64,000 bases of DNA, from assembly GCA_964016885.1 (NCBI GenBank), contig OZ024748.1, positions 21,390,001 to 21,454,000 on the forward strand, read 5' to 3'. The position numbers were made by a program, and so were the translations under genes. How positions within the stretch are numbered: the stretch's first letter is position 1; each line of letters opens with the position of its first letter. The notes under the pieces were generated by a model, which worked only from the letters and a program-made list of their open reading frames with translations, did no database searches and was not told where the DNA came from. This stretch comes from Eledone cirrhosa. Its lineage: Eukaryota. This document shows positions 13,935 through 29,740 of the stretch, in pieces.

Positions 13935-14140
13935 TTAGTTTCTGATTTAGGCCAACAATTTGGGGGGAGAAGGTAAATTGGATTAAATCAACCCCAGTGC
14001 ATTACTGGTACTTTATTTTATTGACCTCAAAGATGAAAGGCAAAGCTAACCTCAACGGAATTTGAAATCAGAACATAAAGCACTGTAACTGTCATAAATC
14101 ATGTTATCTGATGCTCTACCAATTATTTTCAATCCACGGC
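13935..14140 (-). mobile_element. Nin-domain SINE (family B), diverged
   Basis: CTGGTACTTTATTTTATTGACCTC..GATGAAAGGCAAAG..ACCTC..GGAATTTGAA. Confidence 0.75.
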
Positions 14141-14328
14141 CCTTGTTACTTGAATGAAACTTAAATGAAACACAACTGGCATGAGTATTTTTATTGGCAA
14201 ACTGATCCTCCCAAATTGTAACAATGTATATTATATATCATCACCATCTCATTATTCAACATCCTCTTTTCCATGCTAGCATATATAGGTTAGATGTGTG
14301 TGTATGTATGTGTGTGTGTGTGTGTATG

Positions 14329-14810
<482 letters not shown>

Positions 14811-14989
14811 TTTTTCAAGACAAACACAGAGATGTAAAAACACAAGTCATATTAGATTAACACATGGGAAGAAGTAAACGAGGTTTTCAATGTATCAGAG
14901 ACCTTCAAGAAATATATATATAGTAATAATTGTTTCTACTTTTGGCACAAGGCCAGCAATTACCCAGTGCATTACTGGTACTTTATATA

Positions 14990-15121
14990 TATAGTAATAA
15001 TAATAAATGTGAAGACTAAAATCCGAAGAGGGCTCAATAAGGATAATAAATTTCAGAAGATCCCGTTAAGGGTGAAAGCAGCGATTCTTTGCTTAAACTT
15101 TAATGTTATTTTAATAAATAT
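14990..15121 (-). mobile_element. Deleted TA-embedded element related to 35475-35690
   Basis: Shares TGAAGACTAAAATCC.AAGAGGGCTC.ATAAGGA in the same orientation and a ~70-bp block in inverted orientation. Confidence 0.7.
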
Positions 15122-15134
15122 ATATGTGTGTGTG

Positions 15135-15290
15135 TGCGCCAAGCGGTTTTCGCTTGTGTGACAAACAAGCCGAAACCACTTGGCGCAGCAGTCAGGATTT
15201 TACACATCGCTACACCCACTCTACATCTCACCATGTATTGAGTACTCACATGATTAGTTGTCTCCTCGGTCTCACCATCACAGACTCTAT
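15135..15290 (+). mobile_element. Small fold-back element with the 3' bulged-hairpin motif
   Basis: Hairpin 15135-15187 (TGCGCCAAG..CTTGGCGCA). Motif ACTC-TACAT-ctcacc-ATGTA-TT-GAGTACT at 15218-15246, then ~41 nt to TATATA. Confidence 0.7.
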
Positions 15291-15297
15291 ATATGTA

Positions 15298-15608
15298 TCA
15301 TTTCATTTCATTTTCATTTCATTTTACGTCCACTTTACCCTGCTTGCAAGGGTGGGACGGGAACTGATGCTGGCTTGATTTCTACAGCTGGATGCCCTTC
15401 CTAACACCAACCTCATTTACAGTGAGTGCTGGGCGCTTTTTTGCCGTGGCACCTCCACGACCACTTTGCAGTGGTAAACTGAGTAAACTGGAGCAATGTG
15501 AAATAAAGTGTCTTGCTCAAGGAAACAACACATCACCCGGTCTGAGAATTGAACTCACAACCTTTCGATTGCAAGGCCAATGATCTAACCACTAAGCCAT
15601 GTGCCTCC
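15298..15608 (-). mobile_element. SINE family A
   Basis: Near-identical to the reverse complement of 14444-14778. Confidence 0.9.
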
Positions 15609-15631
15609 ATCTATATATGTATATATATATA

Positions 15632-15673
<42 letters not shown>

Positions 15674-16041
15674 GTTCGTATGCATCAGTTAATACCTTTG
15701 ATGCCAGTCTGTATTTCCATATTACAACTCATTTAATTTGATATTGCATATTAAGCAGATTATATGTAACTCCATCTCAAATTTCTGCCAAACCTCCAAA
15801 ATTTATCGCCCATGTCCTACTGTTGTATAGTATAATGTTTCTATCATTTGCCATATACTGTCTGCCTTTCATAACAAGGAAGAAACGTGTGTATATGTTG
15901 TTGCCATGCCAACAGAACTATACAGCTACACAAATATATATATACATCCACACGAAAGACTGCACACAAAAAATAGTCTTAACCCTTTTGTTTTTTTACC
16001 AAAATTCTTATAAAAGACATTACCTATCGCTTTCAAATAAT

Positions 16042-16382
16042 TTCATTCATTTCATTTCATTTTACGTCCACTTTACCCTGCTTGCAAGGGTGGGACGGGA
16101 ACTGACTCTGGCTTGATTTCTACAGTTGGATGCCCTTCCTAACACCAACCTCATTTACAGTGAGTGCTGGGTGTTTTTTTGCCGTGGCACCTCCACGACC
16201 ACTTTGCAGTGGAATGATAGGAACCCCAGTCCCTATCATCTCATTTCTACAGCTGAGTAAACTGGAGCAATGTGAAATAAAGTGTCTTGCTCAAGGAAAC
16301 AACACATCACCCGGTCTGAGAATTGAACTCACAACCTTTCGATTGCAAGGCCAATGCTCTAACCACTAAGCCATGTGCCTCC
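16042..16382 (-). mobile_element. SINE family A
   Basis: Near-identical to the reverse complement of 14444-14778. Confidence 0.9.
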
Positions 16383-16448
16383 ATGAAAATCTTGAAAATA
16401 ATCAGAAATTTGAAGGATTTAGTAAAATAATTAACTTTCTCATTACAG

Positions 16449-16635
16449 TGGATTGGCAGTATCGGTAGAGCGTCGGACACCATGCTTTGACGCATAGAAT
16501 TACGGCCCTTGCCATTCTGAGTTCAAATCCCGTTGAGGTTAACTTTGCCTTTCATCCTTATGGGGTCGATAAAATAAAGTACCAGTAATGCACTGGGTAA
16601 TTGCTGGCCTTGTGCCTAACGTAGAAACAATTATT
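16449..16635 (+). mobile_element. Full-length tRNA-derived Nin-domain SINE (family B)
   Basis: A-box TGGCAGTATCGGT, B-box GAGTTCAAATCC, Nin/Deu-like GAGGTTAACTTTGCCTTTCATCCTT..GGTCGATAAAATAAAGTACCAG. Confidence 0.85.
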
Positions 16636-16790
16636 ATCTCACATAATATTGAATCTATGAGATTTTGATATTATATATTTTGAGAACAATACCTTAACAT
16701 AAGTATGTGTGGCCAGTTACAGCCAGTTTGAACAGAAAGATATGAGAGATTTCTGGTCGGATAAAGCCGGTTTAAATGCTAAAGGGTTAA
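16636..16790 (-). mobile_element. Partial piggyBac-type MITE (family of 39875-40087)
   Basis: Ends TAAATGCTAAAGGGTTAA; internal sequence matches 39875-40087 and 48775-48995. Confidence 0.7.
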
Positions 16791-17134
16791 GCTGGTGTTT
16801 GGAACGTAACTTTAAACGATGGTTCTCCCATAAAATGGAAACATTTTAAAAATAAATATAAACACTTTAAAAGACAGTATTGTATTGTAGAACCAGGGGT
16901 GGTGTGAAGCAGTTTGGTATCAAACGGATTAATTACTTGAAATTTGTCACTTAGTTGGAGAAAGAAAACAAAACTTTATGATAATTGTTTGCAACTTTCA
17001 AAGAAAACAAGAAATAATTTCAACAAATTCATAATTTGTGGCTTATTAGGTGCAGTTTATCTTCCTATAAAGTCTCTCAAAAGACCACTCTACTTCCTAG
17101 TTTGGAGTTCAAGCTAAAGGATGTTCAGAAGGTG

Positions 17135-18515
17135 AACACTAGACCAGGCTTGTCAAAATATTATAATCTCACTAGACCTGTCATATATTATAACCTCACT
17201 AGACCAGGCTTGTCATATATGATAACCTCACTAGATCAGGCCTATCATATATTATAACCTCACTAGATCAGGCCTGTCATATATTATAACCTCACTAGAC
17301 CAGGCCTGTCATATATTATAACCTCACTAGACCAGACCTGTCTTATATTATAACCTCATTAGACCAGACATGTCTTATATTATAACCTCACTAGACCAGG
17401 CTTGTCATATATTATAACCTCACTAGACCAGGCCTGTCATATTATAACCTCACTAGACCAGGCCTGTCATATTATAACCTCACTAGACCAGGCCTGTCTT
17501 ATATTATAACCTCACTAGACCAGACCTGTCTTATATTATAACCTCACTAGACCAGGCCTGTCATATATCATAACCTCACTAGACCAGGCCTGTCATATAT
17601 TAGAACCTCACTAGGTCAGGCTTGTCATATATTATAACCTCACTAGACCAGGCCTGTCATATTTTATAACCTCACTAGACCAGACCTGTCATATATTATA
17701 ACCTCACTAGACCAGGCCTGTCATATTTTATAACCTCACTAGACCAGACCTGTCATATATTATAACCTCACTAGACCAGGCCTGTCATATTATAACCTCA
17801 CAAGACCAGGCCTGTCATATTATAACCTCACTAGACCAGGCCTGTCATATTATAACCTCACAAGACCAGACCTGTCATATATTATAACCTGACTAGACCA
17901 GGCCTGTCATATTATAACCTCAGAAGACCAGGCCTGTCATATTATAACCTCACTAGACCAGGCCTGTCATATTATAACCTCACAAGACCAGGCCTGTCAT
18001 ATTATAACCTCACTAGACCAGGCCTGTCATATTATAACCTCACAAGACCAGGCCTGTCATATATTATAACCTCATTAGACCAGGCCTGTCATATTATAAC
18101 CTCACTAGACTAGGCCTGTCATATATTTTAACCTCACTAGACTAGGCCTGTCATATATTTTAACCTCACTAGACTAGGCCTGTCATATATTATAACCTCA
18201 CTAGACTAGGCCTGTCATATTATAACCTCACTAGACTAGGCCTGTCAGATTTTAACCTCACTAGACCAGGCCTGTCATATATTATAACCTCACTAGACCA
18301 GACCTGTCATATATTTTAACCTCACTAGACTAGGCCTGTCCTATATTATAACCTCACTAGACTAGGCCTGTCCTATATTATAACCTCACTAGACCAGGCC
18401 TGTCATATATTATAACCTCACTAGACCAGACCTGTCATATATTTAAACCTCACTAGACTAGGCCTGTCCTATATTATAACCTCACTAGATCAGGCCTGTC
18501 ATATATTATAACCTA
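17135..18515. repeat. 28-30-bp minisatellite
   Basis: Unit TATAACCTCACTAGACCAGGCCTGTCATA(TA)T. Confidence 0.95.
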
Positions 18516-18840
18516 CCCATAAATCAAACCTAACCTTATATCTGTATCCAAAATTACATATTGATTTAAATTTAGTTTGTTCTGTTTTGTGATGAATTTC
18601 TCAGAATTAGTGAGGATTTCAAGCTGAAATAAGTTAGGTTTTAAGGAGTAAATGTTATTTGGTATCAGGCAGTTATTACATAGCCACAGTCTGTAGACTA
18701 GAACATGTAATGGAGTAATAGAGAGGCACTAATTATTATTACCTTCTAAACTAAGGTGTGTCTTAGAAGCTGAGAAATAGAGTAAGAATTAATTTTAACA
18801 CAAATATTAATTATGAAGCTTAGGAGAAAATCCTATCTTT

Positions 18841-18995
18841 ATTAGCAACCAGATCTGTCCTGACTTAACAGTAACCTCCTGTAACTGTTAGCAACCAGAT
18901 CTGTCGTGACTTAACAGTAACCCCTGTAACTGTTAGCAACTAGATCTGTCCTGACTTAACAGTAACCCCTTGTGACTTTATTAACAACCAGATCA
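18841..18995. repeat. Short tandem repeat, ~45-bp unit x3
   Basis: TTAGCAACCAGATCTGTCCTGACTTAACAGTAACC..TGTAACTG. Confidence 0.85.
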
Positions 18996-19095
18996 TATAT
19001 ATATTGATGTTCATCCATCACCCCAGTCTAATTGCAGCTATTGAAATGGAAAACGGGGTTAGAGGGTTAAAAAAAATCTACTTCCATTTCTGATA

Positions 19096-22000
19096 GAGTT
19101 GGTAATAGGACATTTCAGGTGATAGTAACAGAGTTACAGAGGTAATAGGACATTTCAGGTGATAGTAGCAGAGTTACAGAGGTAATAGGACATTTCAGGT
19201 GATAGTAGCAGAGTTACAGAGGTAATAGGACATTTCAGGTGATAGTAGCAGAGTTACAGAGGTAATAGGACATTTCAGGTGATAGTAGCAGAGTTACAGA
19301 GGTAATAGGACATTTCAGGTGATAGTAGCAGAGTTACAGAGGTAATAGGACATTTCAGGTGATAGTAGCAGAGTTACAGAGGTAATAGGACATTTCAGGT
19401 GATAGTAGCAGAGTTACAGAGGTAATAGGACATTTCAGGTGATAGTAACAGAGTTACAGAGGTAATAGGACATTTCAGGTGATAGTAGCAGAGTTACAGA
19501 GGTAATAGGACATTTCAGGTGATAGTAGCAGAGTTACAGAGGTAATAGGACATTTCAGGTGATAGTAGCAGAGTTACAGAGGTAATAGGACATTTCAGGT
19601 GATAGTAGCAGAGTTACATAGGTAATAGGACATTTCAGGTGATAGTAGCAGAGTTACAGAGGTAATAGGACATTTCAGGTGATAGTAGCAGAGTTACAGA
19701 GGTAATAGGACATTTCAGGTGATAGTAGCAGAGTTACAGAAGTAATAGGACATTTCAGGTGATAGTAGCAGAGTTACAGAAGTAATATGACATTTCAGGT
19801 GATAGTAGCAGAGTTACAGAGGTAATAGGACATTTCAGGTGATAGTAGCAGAGTTACAGAGGTAATAGGACATTTCAGGTGATAGTAGCAGAGTTACAGA
19901 GGTAATAGGACATTTCAGGTGATAGTAGCAGAGTTACAGAGGTAATAGGACATTTCAGGTGATAGTAGCAGAGTTACAGAGGTAATAGGACATTTCAGGT
20001 GATAGTAGCAGAGTTACAGAGGTAATAGAACATTTCAGGTGATAGTAGCAGAGTTATAGAAGTAATAGGACATTTCAGGTGATAGTAGCAGAGTTACAGA
20101 AGTAATAGGACATTTCAGGTGATAGTAGCAGAGTTACAGAGGTAATAGGACATTTCAGATGATAGTAGCAGAGTTACAGAGGTAATAGGACATTTCAGGT
20201 GATAGTAGCAGAGTTACAGAGGTAATAGGACATTTCAGGTGATAGTAGCTGAGTTACAGAAGTAATATGACATTTCAGGTGATAGTAGCAGAGTTACAGA
20301 GGTAATAGGACATTTCAGGTGATAGTAGCAGAGTTACAGAGGTAATAGGACATTTCAGGTGATAGTAGCAGAGTTACAGAGGTAATAGGACATTTCAGGT
20401 GATAGTAGCAGAGTTACAGAGGTAATAGGACATTTCAGGTGATAGTAGCAGAGTTACATAGGTAATAGGTCATTTCAGGTGATAGTAGCAGAGTTACATA
20501 GGTAATAGGTCATTTCAGGTGATAGTAGCAGAGTTACATAGGTAATAGGTCATTTCAGGTGATAGTAGCAGAGTTACAGAGGTAATAGGACATTTCAGGT
20601 GATAGTAGCAGAGTTACATAGGTAATAGGTCATTTCAGGTGATAGTAGCAGAGTTACATAGGTAATAGGTCATTCCAGGTGATAGTAGCAGAGTTACATA
20701 GGTAATAGGTCATTTCAGGTGATAGTAGCAGAGTTACAGAGGTAATATGACATTTCAGGTGATAGTAGCAGAGTTACAGAGGTAATAGGACATTTCAGGT
20801 GATAGTAGCAGAGTTACAGAGGTAATAGGACATTTCAGGTGATAGTAGCAGAGTTACAGAGGTAATAGGTCATTTCAGGTGATAGTAGCAGAGTTACAGA
20901 GGTAATAGGACATTTCAGGTGATAGTAGCAGAGTTACAGAGGTAATAGGACATTTCAGATGATAGTAGCAGAGTTACAGAGGTAATAGGTCATTTCAGGT
21001 GATAGTAGCAGAGTTACATAGGTAATAGGTCATTTCAGGTGATAGTAGCAGAGTTACATAGGTAATAGGTCATTTCAGGTGATAGTAGCAGAGTTACAGA
21101 AGTAATATGACATTTCAGGTGATAGTAGCAGAGTTACAGAGGTAATAGGACATTTCAGGTGATAGTAGCAGAGTTACAGAAATAACATGACATTTCAGGT
21201 GATAGTAGCAGAGTTACAGAAGTAATAGGACATTTCAGGTGATAGTAGCAGAGTTACAGAGGTAATAGGACATTTCAGGTGATAGTAGCAGAGTTACAGA
21301 AGTAATAGGACATTTCAGGTGATAGTAGCAGAGTTACAGAGGTAATAGGACATTTCAGGTGATAGTAGCAGAGTTACAGAGGTAATAGGACATTTCAGGT
21401 GATAGTAGCAGAGTTACAGAGGTAATAGGACATTTCAGGTGATAGTAGCAGAGTTACAGAGGTAATAGGACATTTCAGGTGATAGTAGCAGAGTTACAGA
21501 GGTAATAGGACATTTCAGGTGATAGTAGCAGAGTTACAGAGGTAATAGGACATTTCAGGTGATAGTAGCAGAGTTACAGAGGTAATAGGACATTTCAGGT
21601 GATAGTAGCAGAGTTACACAGGTAATAGGACATTTCAGGTGATAGTAGCAGAGTTACAGAGGTAATAGGACATTTCAGGTGATAGTAGCAGAGTTACAGA
21701 GGTAATAGGACATTTCAGGTGATAGTAGCAGAGTTACATAGGTAATAGGTCATTTCAGGTGATAGTAGCAGAGTTACAGAAGTAATAGGACATTTCAGGT
21801 GATAGTAGCAGAGTTACAGAGGTAATAGGATATTTCAGGTGATAGTAGCAGAGTTACAGAAGTAATAGGACATTTCAGGTGATAGTAGCAGAGTTACAGA
21901 GGTAATAGGACATTTCAGGTGATAGTAGCAGAGTTACAGAGGTAATATGACATTTCAGGTGATAGTAGCAGAGTTACAGAAGTAATAGGACATTTCAGGT

Positions 22001-24048
22001 GATAGTAGCAGAGTTACAGAGGTAATAGGACATTTCAGGTGATAGTAGCAGAGTTACAGAGGTAATAGGACATTTCAGGTGATAGTAGCAGAGTTACATA
22101 GGTAATAGGTCATTTCAGGTGATAGTAGCAGAGTTACAGAGGTAATAGGACATTTCAGGTGATAGTAGCAGAGTTACAGAGGTAATAGGACATTTCAGGT
22201 GATAGTAGCAGAGTTACAGAAGTAATAGGACATTTCAGGTGATAGTAGCAGAGTTACAGAGGTAATAGGACATTTCAGGTGATAGTAGCAGAGTTACATA
22301 GGTAATAGGTCATTTCAGGTGATAGTAGCAGAGTTACAGAGGTAATAGGTCATTTCAGGTGATAGTAGCAGAGTTACAGAAGTAATAGGACATTTCAGGT
22401 GATAGTAGCAGAGTTACAGAGGTAATAGGACATTTCAGGTGATAGTAGCAGAGTTACAGAGGTAATAGGACATTTCAGGTGATAGTAGCAGAGTTACAGA
22501 GGTAATAGGACATTTCAGGTGATAGTAGCAGAGTTACAGAGGTAATAGGTCATTTCAGGTGATAGTAGCAGAGTTACAGAGGTAATAGGACATTTCAGGT
22601 GATAGTAGCAGAGTTACAGAAGTAATAGGACATTTCAGATGATAGTAGCAGAGTTACAGAGGTAATAGGACATTTCAGGTGATAGTAGCAGAGTTACAGA
22701 GGTAATAGGACATTTCAGGTGATAGTAGCAGAGTTACAGAGGTAATAGGTCATTTCAGGTGATAGTAGCAGAGTTACAGAGGTAATAGGACATTTCAGGT
22801 GATAGTAGCAGAGTTACAGAAGTAATAGGACATTTCAGATGATAGTAGCAGAGTTACAGAGGTAATAGGACATTTCAGGTGATAGTAGCAGAGTTACAGA
22901 GGTAATAGGACATTTCAGGTGATAGTAGCAGAGTTACAGAGGTAATAGGTCATTTCAGGTGATAGTAGCAGAGTTACAGAGGTAATAGGACATTTCAGGT
23001 GATAGTAGCAGAGTTACAGAAGTAATAGGACATTTCAGATGATAGTAGCAGAGTTACAGAGGTAATAGGACATTTCAGGTGATAGTAGCAGAGTTACAGA
23101 GGTAATAGGACATTTCAGGTGATAGCAGAGTTACAGAGGTAATAGGTCATTTCAGGTGATAGTAGCAGAGTTACAGAGGTAATAGGACATTTCAGGTGAT
23201 AGTAGCAGAGTTACAGAAGTAATAGGACATTTCAGATGATAGTAGCAGAGTTACAGAGGTAATAGGACATTTCAGGTGATAGTAGCAGAGTTACAGAAGT
23301 AATAGGACATTTCAGGTGATAGTAGCAGAGTTACAGAGGTAATAGGACATTTCAGGTGATAGTAGCAGAGTTACAGAGGTAATAGGACATTTCAGGTGAT
23401 AGTAGCAGAGTTACATAGGTAATAGGACATTTCAGGTGATAGTAGCAGAGTTACAGAGGTAATAGGACATTTCAGGTGATAGTAGCAGAGTTACAGAGGT
23501 AATAGGACATTTCAGGTGATAGTAGCAGGGTTACAGAGGTAATAGGACATTTCAGGTGATAGTAGCAGAGTTACAGAGGTAATAGGACATTTCAGGTGAT
23601 AGTAGCAGAGTTACAGAGGTAATAGGACATTTCAGGTGATAGTAGCAGAGTTACAGATGTAATAGGACATTTCAGGTGATAGTAGCAGGGTTACAGAGGT
23701 AATAGGACATTTCAGGTGATAGTAGCAGAGTTACAGAGGTAATAGGACATTTCAGGTGATAGTAGCAGAGTTACAGAGGTAATAGGACATTTCAGGTGAT
23801 AGTAGCAGAGTTACAGATGTAATAGGACATTTCAGGTGATAGTAGCAGGGTTACAGAGGTAATAGGACATTTCAGGTGATAGTAGCAGAGTTACAGAGGT
23901 AATAGGACATTTCAGGTGATAGTAGCAGAGTTACAGAGGTAATAGGACATTTCAGGTGATAGTAGCAGAGTTACAGATGTAATAGGACATTTCAGGTGAT
24001 AGTAGCAGGGTTACAGAGGTAATAGGACATTTCAGGTGATAGTAGCAA
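19096..24048. repeat. 40-bp minisatellite, ~124 copies, highly homogeneous
   Basis: Unit GGTAATAGGACATTTCAGGTGATAGTAGCAGAGTTACAGA; a single 3-bp deletion near 23125. Confidence 0.98.
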
Positions 24049-24689
24049 AGTAGCGATGATAAAACAAACAGATGAAATAAACCCCATGAACAAACAGATG
24101 TACCAGTCATTATGTAAACCTACTACTACTACTACTCTTGCTGCTAGTACTACTGTTTAATTGAGAATAATTTCCATAGTTTAGTTGATAAGTTTACTTA
24201 GTGCAAGCTTACTGTGTGGTCTTTCCTGTGTGTGTCAGTCTGTGTACGTTTGTGTGTATGTGTGTGTGTCTCGGTGTGTCTGTCTGTGTGTCAGTCTGTA
24301 TGTATGTGTGTGTGTGTGTGTGTGTGTGTCTGTTTCTATGTGTGTGTCTGTGCATTCTTCAATCACCAGGTCAAATGTTGTCACCAGGAAGCCTATAATA
24401 TTAGACACAACATGGTAATTACACCACCACCACCACCACCATCAGCACCACTATCCCCACCACCACCACCATCACTATCCCCACCACCACCACCATCAGC
24501 ACCACAACTACATTCACCTCCACACCCTCATTATCAGCACTACCATCTCTATCAGCACCACCATTACATCCACCCCCACCACCATTGTTATCAACTCCAC
24601 TACTACCATCACCATCTCTGCCACCACCATCATTAATACTACTACTGCCACCATCTTGGTCAGCAATATCACTACCCTGTCCTCCTCTA

Positions 24690-27600
24690 CTACCATCACT
24701 ACCACCACCACCACCACTATCATTACCACTACTACACCACTTCTACTACCATCAATACCACCACCACCACTATCATTACCACTACTACACCATCACTACC
24801 ACCATCAATACCACCACCACCACCACTATCATTACCACTACTACACCATCACTACCACCATCAATACCACCACCACCACCACTATCATTACCACTACTAC
24901 ACCATCACTACCACCATCAATACCACCACCACCACCACTATCATTACCACTACTACACCATCACTACCACCATCAATACCACCACCACCACTATCATTAC
25001 CACTACTACACCACCACTACCACCATCAATACCACCACTACCACTATCATTACCACTACTACACCATCACTACCACCATCAATACCACCACCACCACTAT
25101 CATTACCACTACTACACCATCACTACCACCATCAATACCACCACCACCACCACTATCATTACCACTACTACACCATCACTACCACCATCAATACCACCAC
25201 CACCACTATCATTACCACTACTACACCACCACTACCACCATCAATACCACCACTACCACTATCATTACCACTACTACACCACCACTACCACCATCAATAC
25301 CACCACCACCACTATCATTACCACTACTACACCATCACTACCACCATCAATACCACCACTACCACTATCATTACCACTACTACACCATCACTACCACCAT
25401 CAATACCACCACCACTACCACTATCATTACCACTACTACACCACCACTACCACCATCAATACCACCACCACCACTATCATTACCACTACTACACCACCAC
25501 TACCACCATCAATACCACCACTACCACTATCATTACCACTACTACACCACCACTACCACCATCAATACCACCACCACCACTATCATTACCACTACTACAC
25601 CACCACTACCACCATCAATACCACCACTACCACTATCATTACCACTACTACACCACCACTACCACCATCAATACCACCACCACCACTATCATTACCACTA
25701 CTACACCATCACTACCACCATCAATACCACCACCACCACTATCATTACCACTACTACACCATCACTACCACCATCAATACCACCACCACTACCACTATCA
25801 TTACCACTACTACACCACCACTACCACCATCAATACCACCACCACCACTATCATTACCACTACTACACCATCACTACCACCATCAATACCACCACTACCA
25901 CTATCATTACCACTACTACACCATCACTACCACCATCAATACCACCACCACCACCACTATCATTACCACTACTACACCACCACTACCACCATCAATACCA
26001 CCACTACCACTATCATTACCACTACTACACCATCACTACCACCATCAATACCACCACTACCACTATCATTACCACTACTACACCATCACTACCACCATCA
26101 ATACCACCACCACCACCACTATCATTACCACTACTACACCACCACTACCACCATCAATACCACCACTACCACTATCATTACCACTACTACACCATCACTA
26201 CCACCATCAATACCACCACTACCACTATCATTACCACTACTACACCATCACTACCACCATCAATACCACCACCACCACCACTATCATTACCACTACTACA
26301 CCATCACTACCACCATCAATACCACCACTACCACTATCATTACCACTACTACACCATCACTACCACCATCAATACCACCACCACCACCACTATCATTACC
26401 ACTACTACACCACCACTACCACCATCAATACCACCACTACCACTATCATTACCACTACTACACCATCACTACCACCATCAATACCACCACTACCACTATC
26501 ATTACCACTACTACACCATCACTACCACCATCAATACCACCACCACCACCACTATCATTACCACTACTACACCACCACTACCACCATCAATACCACCACT
26601 ACCACTATCATTACCACTACTACACCATCACTACCACCATCAATACCACCACTACCACTATCATTACCACTACTACACCATCACTACCACCATCAATACC
26701 ACCACTACCACTATCATTACCACTACTACACCATCACTACCACCATCAATACCACCACTACCACTATCATTACCACTACTACACCATCACTACCACCATC
26801 AATACCACCACTACCACTATCATTACCACTACTACACCACCACTACCACCATCAATACCACCACCACCACCACTATCATTACCACTACTACACCACCACT
26901 ACCACCATCAATACCACCACTACCACTATCATTACCACTACTACACCATCACTACCACCATCAATACCACCACCACCACTATCATTACCACTACTACACC
27001 ATCACTACCACCATCAATACCACCACTACCACTATCATTACCACTACTACACCACCACTACCACCATCAATACCACCACTACCACTATCATTACCACTAC
27101 TACACCATCACTACCACCATCAATACCACCACTACCACTATCATTACCACTACTACACCACCACTACCACCATCAATACCACCACTACCACTATCATTAC
27201 CACTACTACACCATCACTACCACCATCAATACCACCACCACCACTATCATTACCACTACTACACCACCACTACCACCATCAATACCACCACTACCACTAT
27301 CATTACCACTACTACACCATCACTACCACCATCAATACCACCACCACCACCACTATCATTACCACTACTACACCACCACTACCACCATCAATACCACCAC
27401 TACCACTATCATTACCACTACTACACCATCACTACCACCATCAATACCACCACCACCACTATCATTACCACTACTACACCACCACTACCACCATCAATAC
27501 CACCACCACCACCACTATCATTACCACTACTACACCATCACTACCACCATCAATACCACCACCACCACCACTATCATTACCACTACTACACCACCACTAC

Positions 27601-29740
27601 CACCATCAATACCACCACCACCACCACTATCATTACCACTACTACACCACCACTACCACCATCAATACCACCACCACCACCACTATCATTACCACTACTA
27701 CACCACCACTACCACCATCAATACCACCACCACCACCACTATCATTACCACTACTACACCACCACTACCACCATCAATACCACCACCACCACCACTATCA
27801 TTACCACTACTACACCATCACTACCACCATCAATACCACCACTACCACTATCATTACCACTACTACACCATCACTACCACCATCAATACCACCACTACCA
27901 CTATCATTACCACTACTACACCATCACTACCACCATCAATACCACCACCACCACCACTATCATTACCACTACTACACCACCACTACCACCATCAATACCA
28001 CCACTACCACTATCATTACCACTACTACACCATCACTACCACCATCAATACCACCACTACCACTATCATTACCACTACTACACCATCACTACCACCATCA
28101 ATACCACCACCACCACCACTATCATTACCACTACTACACCACCACTACCACCATCAATACCACCACTACCACTATCATTACCACTACTACACCATCACTA
28201 CCACCATCAATACCACCACTACCACTATCATTACCACTACTACACCATCACTACCACCATCAATACCACCACTACCACTATCATTACCACTACTACACCA
28301 CCACTACCACCATCAATACCACCACTACCACTATCATTACCACTACTACACCACCACTACCACCATCAATACCACCACTACCACTATCATTACCACTACT
28401 ACACCATCACTACCACCATCAATACCACCACCACCACTATCATTACCACTACTACACCATCACTACCACCATCAATACCACCACCACCACCACTATCATT
28501 ACCACTACTACACCACCACTACCACCATCAATACCACCACTACCACTATCATTACCACTACTACACCATCACTACCACCATCAATACCACCACTACCACT
28601 ATCATTACCACTACTACACCACCACTACCACCATCAATACCACCACTACCACTATCATTACCACTACTACACCACCACTACCACCATCAATACCACCACT
28701 ACCACTATCATTACCACTACTACACCATCACTACCACCATCAATACCACCACTACCACTATCATTACCACTACTACACCACCACTACCACCATCAATACC
28801 ACCACTACCACTATCATTACCACTACTACACCATCACTACCACCATCAATACCACCACCACCACTATCATTACCACTACTACACCATCACTACCACCATC
28901 AATACCACCACCACCACTATCATTACCACTACTACACCATCACTACCACCATCAATACCACCACTACCACTATCATTACCACTACTACACCATCACTACC
29001 ACCATCAATACCACCACCACCACCACTATCATTACCACTACTACACCACCACTACCACCATCAATACCACCACTACCACTATCATTACCACTACTACACC
29101 ATCACTACCACCATCAATACCACCACCACCACCACTATCATTACCACTACTACACCATCACTACCACCATCAATACCACCACCACCACCACTATCATTAC
29201 CACTACTACACCATCACTACCACCATCAATACCACCACCACCACCACTATCATTACCACTACTACACCATCACTACCACCATCAATACCACCACCACCAC
29301 CACTATCATTACCACTACTACACCATCACTACCACCATCAATACCACCACCACCACCACTATCATTACCACTACTACACCATCACTACCACCATCAATAC
29401 CACCACCACCACCACCACCACTATCATTACCACTACTACACCACCACTACCACCATCAATACCACCACTACCACTATCATTACCACTACTACGCCACCAC
29501 TACCACCATCAATACCACCACCACCACTATCATTACCACTACTACACCACCACTACCACCATCAATACCACCACCACCACTATCATTACCACTACTACGC
29601 CACCACTACCACCATCAATACCACTATCATTACCACTACTACACCACCACTACCACCACTACCACTATCATTACCACTACTACACCACCACTACTACCAT
29701 CAATACCACTATCATTACCACTACTACACCGCCACTACCA
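24690..29740. repeat. 53/56-bp ACC-rich minisatellite, ~93 copies
   Basis: Unit ACTATCATTACCACTACTACACCATCACTACCACCATCAATACCACCACTACC. The ~1700-aa ORFs cycle through the same peptide in several frames. Confidence 0.97.

Noticed and set aside
19096-24048. CRISPR-like appearance of the 40-bp array
   Set aside because: No unique spacers, no cas genes, eukaryotic context.
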